Below, piece by piece: positions 58,078 through 64,000 of a stretch of DNA of 64,000 nucleotides (the first letter of the stretch is position 1; the number at the start of each line of letters is the position of its first letter). The position numbers were made by a program, and so were the translations under genes. Source of the DNA: Candidatus Berkelbacteria bacterium. GTDB lineage: Bacteria > Patescibacteriota > UBA1384 > 2-12-FULL-50-11. Under the pieces are notes generated by a model that had not been told where the DNA came from, searched no databases, and saw only the letters and a program-made list of their open reading frames with translations. The stretch covers positions 15,871-79,870 of the forward strand of contig JACRAP010000023.1 of NCBI GenBank assembly GCA_016213365.1. Reading direction: 5' to 3'.

Positions 58078-58344
58078 TTTGTCTTGGCGCTGGGCTTCCG
58101 AAAGCTGGCGGATTCCCGGGAGCTGTTAGCTCCGAGTATACTCGGCTTGCGCCTCGTTACTCGTCGTCCAACCTCGCTTTATTTAATCCTTAAGTGTTTT
58201 GTCTTGGCGCCGGTCTACGACGAACGAGCGAAAGCGAGTGAGGCGCAGACAAGTGCCTAGTTTTTTTGAGTCCTTAGTCTTGGCACTGGGCTACGGCGAG
58301 CCGCAGGCGAAACGCAGAGCGGCGCCTGTTTTGGTTTGAGTGTT
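58078..58344 (-). repeat. Three tandem degenerate copies of the 5S rRNA 3' portion, downstream of 5S
   Basis: ttgtcttggcgc(c/t)gg(t/g)ct recurs at 58078, 58198 and 58275, and in the real 5S at 58345. Unit 1 also repeats cccgggagctgttagctccgagtat from within the 5S. Confidence 0.6.
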
Positions 58345-58345
58345 T

Positions 58346-58468
58346 TGTCTTGGCGCCGGTCTACTTTCCCGGGAGCTGTTAGCTCCGAGTATCATCGATG
58401 CTGATGGGCTTAACTGCTCTGTTCGGTATGGGAAGAGGTGTACCCCCATCGCTTTAAGCACCAAGACA
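58346..58468 (-). rRNA. rrf: 5S ribosomal RNA
   Basis: Minus sense tgtcttggtgcttaaagcgatgggggtacacctcttcccataccgaacagagcagttaagcccatcagcatcgatgatactcggagctaacagctcccgggaaagtagaccggcgccaagaca. Helix I pairing and conserved CCGAAC/AGUA motifs. Confidence 0.85.
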
Positions 58469-58730
58469 AAAAACTCAAAATGTTCGAGTGTGTTCCAAAC
58501 TAAAGTTGAAGATACTTCTTCTAGTAGCTGTTTACTCTTTCCTGCCTAGAAATATCGCAATTACATAAACGATGCTATCGAGATTGCTCTCGACAGTTAA
58601 ACAGAAAAGAGAAAGTAATTCATGGACCTATAAGTATCCCTTGGCTCAACGCGTTACCGCGCTTACACCTAGGACCTTTCAACCCGGTAGTCTTCCGGGG
58701 GTCTCATAACGAAGATTAATCTTGGGACCT

Positions 58731-58761
<31 letters not shown>

Positions 58762-59039
58762 AGTTATGATCGTAGCTACTCGACAGTGCCCTTGGCAGGA
58801 CAGCCGATACACCAGCGGATCATCCGCTCCGGTCTTCTCATACTAGGAGCCGCCTCCCTCAATCTTCCGCGCTTACAGCAGATGAGGACCGAACTGTCTC
58901 GCGACGTTCTGAACCCAGCTCGCGTACCCTTTTAATTGGCGAACAGCCAAACCCTTGGGACCTTCTCCAGCCCCAGGATAGGATGAGCCGACATCGAGGT
59001 GCCAAACTGCGCCGTCTCTGTGGACGATTGGGCGCAATC

Positions 59040-59076
<37 letters not shown>

Positions 59077-59236
59077 GCCGGCCGTCTCGTACTGAAACCG
59101 GCTGGATCACTTACGCCTGCTTTCGCACCTGCTCGGCTTGTAGGCCTCACAGTCAAGCTCGCTTTTGGGTATACCCTATCGGTACGATTTCCACCCGTAC
59201 CTAGCGAACCTTTGCACGCCTCCGTTACCTTTTAGG

Positions 59237-60123
59237 CAATTTTGTTAACTTAGTTTGTATTTCATCGAGGGAATTATATGGTTTGACACCAATAAGGTAA
59301 ATTTCTCAATTTGACTGGCGGGAATATAGATCTGGTACCCGTCTAACTGCCTCCGAAGCGTCGTCGTAATTACGAATTGGTTCTTCAACAAATCTTGCAA
59401 ATAACTAACACTTTGAACATCAAATGCTTGAGTATTTAGTATTTTTGCGCGATGTTTAGCTGACTTGGATGACCCATCATCCATAAACCAAACCGCTAAT
59501 GATAATTGCGTGACAAATCGTGAAATTGTTCCTGGAATTATCTTTTTTCCTTCTCGATAGAAGAGCTTTCCATACGGCGACAAAGACTCAAGGCCCAAGG
59601 TATTAAAGTAGTAGTTTCTACTTTGCTTACCATTCCTATGCTTTTCTTTTGCTTTTGGTTTCGTCCTTACAAGATTATGTAGTTCGGAGTAAATCCATTC
59701 CACATACTCTTTGTGAGCGAACGATTGCTCAACTTTCAAACGATATGTTCTGCCGTTATTCTGAGTTTCTAAATGTCCGTCACCCAACATTAGTCCGACA
59801 ATTATTTCTATTTGACGGGGCGTTAGATTAACAGATTTTGAAATATCATGAATTTCTGCGGTATTCATACCTATTTAAGCGTCTTGTACAAAGACAAGAC
59901 TCTGTATGTCGCCATACAGTTCAGACTATATCTTCGCTAGAATTTGTAAATACTATTTTCTAGCGCTCGGCGTGTAGTCGTTGAGGGGTCAATTCATTTC
60001 TGAACGACTTCCCTGCTGATTGTCTCCATAGTCCAACCGATTACTCGTTGGAATTTTAGAGAGGTCCCAGCATATAGCCAAGATGCCCCTTTCTGATCGT
60101 TATTATACTGGTGATCATGGTCA
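59237..60123 (-). mobile_element. Group I-type intron in 23S rRNA domain V (887 nt) carrying a homing endonuclease ORF
   Basis: Conserved exon sequence gactggggcggtcgcct | cctaaaaggtaacggagg is interrupted. The 5' exon ends in U and the intron ends in G. An ORF fills the 3' two-thirds. Confidence 0.6.
59245..59868 (-). CDS. LAGLIDADG homing endonuclease (double-motif) encoded within the 23S intron
   Basis: Motif 1 RQIEIIVGLMLGDGHLE and motif 2 LSLAVWFMDDGSSKS. 207 aa. Confidence 0.85.
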   Translation of the reverse strand: MNTAEIHDISKSVNLTPRQIEIIVGLMLGDGHLETQNNGRTYRLKVEQSFAHKEYVEWIYSELHNLVRTKPKAKEKHRNGKQSRNYYFNTLGLESLSPYGKLFYREGKKIIPGTISRFVTQLSLAVWFMDDGSSKSAKHRAKILNTQAFDVQSVSYLQDLLKNQFVITTTLRRQLDGYQIYIPASQIEKFTLLVSNHIIPSMKYKLS

Positions 60124-61415
60124 AGGCGACCGCCCCAGTCAAACTACCCATCTGACACTGTCTTAGTTGTTTTTGCAACTAGTGAGTCTCAAAACAAACG
60201 AAGGGTGGTATTTCACTGTTGTCCGAAGACTCCCACCTATGCTACACATCATGTGCCCTGAAACAATATCAAACTGTAGTAAAGCTCCACGGGGTCTTTC
60301 CGTCTTGCTGCAAGTAGCCGGCATCTTCACCGGCAGTGTAATTTCACCGAGTCCCTCTTTGAGACAGTTTTCAAGTCGTTATGCCATTCGTGCGGGTCGC
60401 TACTTATGCGACAAGGAATTTCGCTACCATAGAACGGTTATAGTTACCGCTGCCGTTCACTCGGGCTTAAATTCGAGCCTCGTCCCGCACTTTGAACACA
60501 AAGTGCTAAATCCTAAATCCTAAGTTCTAAACCCTAAACAGACAAATCCGTTTTGAGTTTAGTGTTTCGAATTTTGAATTTTCACCTTGTGCGCAAGGTG
60601 CGGGAGTCAGCCCTCCTCGTAACCTACGAGCACTGGGCAGGCATCAGCCCCTATACATCTCGTGAGAGATTTGCAGAGACCTAAGTTTTTGTTAAACAGT
60701 CGCTTGAAAGTCATTTGCTGCGGCCAGCACCGCTGCTCCGCACCAGTAAATCCTAAATAACAAGTACTAAATTCAAAACTTGAATTTAGTGTTTTGTGCT
60801 TAGAATTTGCCAATGCGAAGCATTGGGACTGGCAGTCCATATTCCGAAGTTACGGACGCTTTTTTGCCGAGTTCCTTAAAGAGGGTTCACTCGACCACCT
60901 GAGGCTACTCGCCTCAACTACCTGTGTCGGTTTGCGGTACGGATACTAAACATAGTTGACTTAAGAATTTTCTTGCCAGACTTTGAGGTGCTTTCGAAAT
61001 CCAATAATCTTAGCACCCACGGGTCCGTGTCTTCTTAAGGTAGTTGTTTAGTAGTGACGGAATATTAACCGTCTGAACATCGGGGTATTCCCTTAGATCC
61101 GACTAACCCACAGACGATTGGCGTTGCTGTGGAAACCTTAGATATGCGGTGACCAGGGTTCTCACCTGGTTTTCGTTACTCATGCCAACATTCGCACTTC
61201 GTATCGCTCCACAGTCGCTTACGCTTCTGCTTCACTGCAATACGAACGCTCCTCTACCACTCGCAGATAAATCTGCGAATCCTAAAATTCGGTACCTAGC
61301 TTAAGCCCCGTTGAATTTTCCGCGCAAAAAGGCCTAGAGGATTTCTACGCCGCGAAGGCTTTCGCCGACACATTGTAGAGAATCGTAGGATCGACTAGTG
61401 AGCTGTTACGCTTTC

Positions 61416-61447
<32 letters not shown>

Positions 61448-62033
61448 TAGTTGTCTACGCCTTTCCACTTCGTTTTCCACTTAGCTAGAATTTAGGGACC
61501 TTATTTGTAGGTCTGGGCTCTTTCCCTTTAGACCATGCAGCTTAGCCCGCACAGTCTGACTGTATATCCCAAACGGTGTGTATTCGGAGTTTGATAGGAG
61601 GTGAGAGCTTGCGCCCCCAAACTCCTTTCAGTGCTCTACCCCACACCATGCGGATATACGCTATACCTATATATATTTCGAGGAGAACCAGCTATCTCCG
61701 GGTTCGATTAGTATTTTACCGCTTACCACAAGTCATCCCCCAATTTTGCTACATTGGTGGGTTCGGCCCTCCCTGCTAGGTTTCCCTAGAGTTCAGCCTG
61801 CTCATGGCAAGATCACCCGGTTTCGGGTCTAATCCCTGCTGCTAACAGTCGCGCTATTAACACTCGCTTTCGCTTCGCGTTCGATGCATAACATCTTACA
61901 CTCGCAACAAAGATTAACTCGTTGGCTCATTCTTCAAAAGGCACGCCGTCATCCGCCAATTGGCGGACTCCGACTCCTTGTATGCACATAGTTTCAGGTA
62001 CTATTTCACTCCCATACTCTGGGTACTTTTCAT

Positions 62034-62064
<31 letters not shown>

Positions 62065-62975
62065 TAGATATAGTATTTAGCCTTACGGCACGATCACCGT
62101 ACCTTCCGACTGGATTACACGTGTCCAGCCGTACTCAGGATCAGTATCCAAACGGTAAAGTAGTTTAAAATACGGGACTATCACCCCCTATGGTGGTCTT
62201 TTCCAAGATCCTTCTTCTACTACTTTTTGAACTCGTTCGATTTTACAATCTGATACTGCCCTATAACCCTCGCGCATCTCATGTTGGACGCAAGCAAAAA
62301 CAAATTTTCAAAAGGCTAGATCCATTAATTTTAAAGAATCGCCTGTTACTTACTTACGCCCAAGATGAGACACACGAGTTTGGGCTTTTCCCTATTCGCT
62401 CGCCGCTACTGGGGGAATCGTTACTACTTTCTTTTCCTCCGGCTACTAAGATGTTTCAGTTCGCCGGGTGCCTCTGTCGCTTCGCTTCAAACTCAAAATT
62501 ACAAACTCTAAATCCAAAATCAAAATATCCGTTTTGAGTTTTGAACTTTGAGCTTTGAATTTAAAGTGAAGCGACATAATGTCGGTTCACGACATTGGGT
62601 TTCCCCATTCGGAAATCGCCGGATCAAAGCTTGTTGTCAGCTCCCCGACGCTTATCGCAGACTACTACGTCCTTCATCAGCTATATCTACCAAGACATCC
62701 TCTATGTGCACTTTGGTGAATTACTTACTCTGTCTTTCACGGAAAGTGAATTAGACAGAGTTACTTGACCAACTTTTTCCATTTCTGGGATACAGAAATT
62801 TGAAAGTTGGACTTTTTTGCTAAAAGTTGAAATATCTTCAACTTTAGCTTGGAACCTAGTTGTTAAGATGACGCAAGTTAACAAAAAGCCGCTGTTGGCG
62901 GCCGTAAAGTCAACCAAAAAACAGTTGGCTTTTAACCGGCTCCTCCTTTGGTTTTACTTAACATGTACCTAACAA

Positions 62976-63004
62976 TTTTAATTGATTCGTTAAGGCGTGT
63001 CAAC
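62976..63004 (-). promoter_or_regulatory. Candidate rRNA operon promoter (TTGACA, 17-nt spacer, TAAAAT) overlapping the 3' end of dut, about 230 nt upstream of the 23S 5' end
   Basis: Minus sense gTTGACAcgccttaacgaatcaatTAAAATtg. Confidence 0.45.
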
Positions 63005-63451
63005 AGGTGAATTTGCGCCCGTACTACCAAAACCACCGCGACTTTTGCTTGATAGCTTGTCCTTAGAAATTTCAACAAATTTTATTTTTGGTACTGGTAA
63101 AATCATCGCTTGGGCGATTCGCTGATATTTTTCTACTTTTACCGGCTTGTTAGTGTTATTTTGTACGATAATTTTTACCTCGTCAGTTGCCCCGCAATAG
63201 TCTGAGTCAACTGTACCTGGTGAGTTAGCGATCGAAAGCCCAGTTTTAGGAGTGCTAGATCTTGGGACAACAGCCATGTAATACCCCTTTGGAATAACAA
63301 AAACTAGGCCAGTCGGGAGATAAGCGATGCTACTAGGTTCAATAGTAACATCTTCAATTACTTCTAAGTCAAAACAGGCGGCGCCTTCGGTTTGGTATTT
63401 AGGGATATTGGCGTCTGAATTTATCCTGTGAATCTGTACATCCATACACAA
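62990..63451 (-). CDS. dut: dUTP diphosphatase
   Basis: dUTPase motifs AACFDL, VPRSS, GTVDSDYCG and a C-terminal GGFGSTG. Confidence 0.85.
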   Translation of the reverse strand: MCMDVQIHRINSDANIPKYQTEGAACFDLEVIEDVTIEPSSIAYLPTGLVFVIPKGYYMAVVPRSSTPKTGLSIANSPGTVDSDYCGATDEVKIIVQNNTNKPVKVEKYQRIAQAMILPVPKIKFVEISKDKLSSKSRGGFGSTGANSPVDTP

Positions 63452-63484
63452 AAAATAACCTAAATTCAGACAATATCAACTCAG

Positions 63485-63901
63485 TTAAAGCACCTGAATA
63501 CTGTTCAGGATATCCTTTATTTCACCTGTTACTGCCTGTGGCGTGTTTACTTCTTTTAATAGTAGCTGTGTTACCACAGTTGTGCCCGGAACGGTTAACA
63601 CAACATAAGGTTGAAGAGCGGTGCCGTTAGCTACCCAGTAACAAGTAGTTTCATCGATAACGGTGGTGCCTATCTTTTCTGTAAGTACAGGGTTAGTTGA
63701 ATTAAAACTAGAGCTACCGTCGGCGACAAATACAGTTTTCGTTTCCTCGCCTGCGAGCGCTTTTGCGTAATCGGCGCTGTTTTTTATGGTACAGCTATTT
63801 CGTAGATTGGCTTCTTGGTTAGTTGTTGCCTGGGAACATTGCTCGGACACCTTAAAACTATTTAACTGAAGCGAGCTATTAGCGGCGACCTTAAATAACA
63901 C
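63485..63901 (-). CDS. Hypothetical Ser/Thr-rich secreted or pilin-associated protein
   Basis: 138-aa ORF with no motif; Thr/Val/Asn-rich beta-type composition resembling pilin C-terminal domains. Confidence 0.35.
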   Translation of the reverse strand: MLFKVAANSSLQLNSFKVSEQCSQATTNQEANLRNSCTIKNSADYAKALAGEETKTVFVADGSSSFNSTNPVLTEKIGTTVIDETTCYWVANGTALQPYVVLTVPGTTVVTQLLLKEVNTPQAVTGEIKDILNSIQVL

Positions 63902-64000
63902 CTCAATTAGCTGTACTGAATCTGTAGTTGATGAAAGACCGGAAATGTAGTTTTTTGTATCTGTATAGTTAGCGGCACTGAAATAGAGTATCGAGTTATC

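Noticed and set aside
58078-58470. Regularly spaced repeats near the 5S gene that could superficially resemble a CRISPR array.
   Set aside because: The repeat units are 70-120 nt long and irregular, and they share sequence with the 5S rRNA 3' half. There are no short uniform repeat/spacer units and no cas genes. They are interpreted as 5S-derived partial duplications.
60527-60600. Telomere-like TTAGGG/TTTAGGG repeats (gtttagggtttagaacttaggatttaggatttagc).
   Set aside because: They sit inside a 23S rRNA insertion on a circular-type bacterial chromosome segment. They are interpreted as a low-complexity hairpin insertion, not telomeric sequence.

Overview
The window is a low-GC (about 38%) chromosomal segment, almost entirely minus-strand coding. 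Its gene content and oddities are consistent with a reduced-genome bacterium of the CPR/Patescibacteria (Saccharibacteria-like) type; this is inference from content, not a database result.

Main contents, left to right:
- A roughly 2-kb high-GC island (about 55-60% GC) carrying two Sec-signal secreted proteins.
- A cysS operon bracketed by about 143-bp inverted repeats.
- recR, topA and dprA.
- rplK, nusG, secE and rplU.
- A 13-kb type IV pilus locus: RodA, an RNase HI-like gene, three minor pilins, PilD, tandem PilA paralogs, PilC, PilT, an 891-aa PilB and PilN/O-like genes.
- A tRNA cluster (Trp, Thr, Tyr, Thr) with rpmG. It also holds tRNA-Trp fragments, 77-bp direct repeats flanking a 246-aa cargo gene, and a LAGLIDADG-like ORF wedged between tRNAs.
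- argS, tyrS, a class A PBP, radA and recJ.
- A reduced dcw cluster: mraZ, rsmH, ftsL, ftsI, murF, mraY, murD, ftsW, murG, murC, murB and an FtsQ-like gene. murE, ddl, ftsA and ftsZ are absent.
- A GTGG direct-repeat operator upstream of mraZ, with a divergent, promoter-driven small GC-rich gene.
- phhB, glyQS, alr and recO, plus scattered pilin-like genes.
- A 23S-5S rRNA operon on the minus strand with no linked 16S. The 23S carries an 887-nt group I intron encoding a LAGLIDADG homing endonuclease and three AT-rich hairpin insertions. The 5S is followed by three degenerate copies of its 3' portion.
- dut at the right edge.

No CRISPR array was seen.
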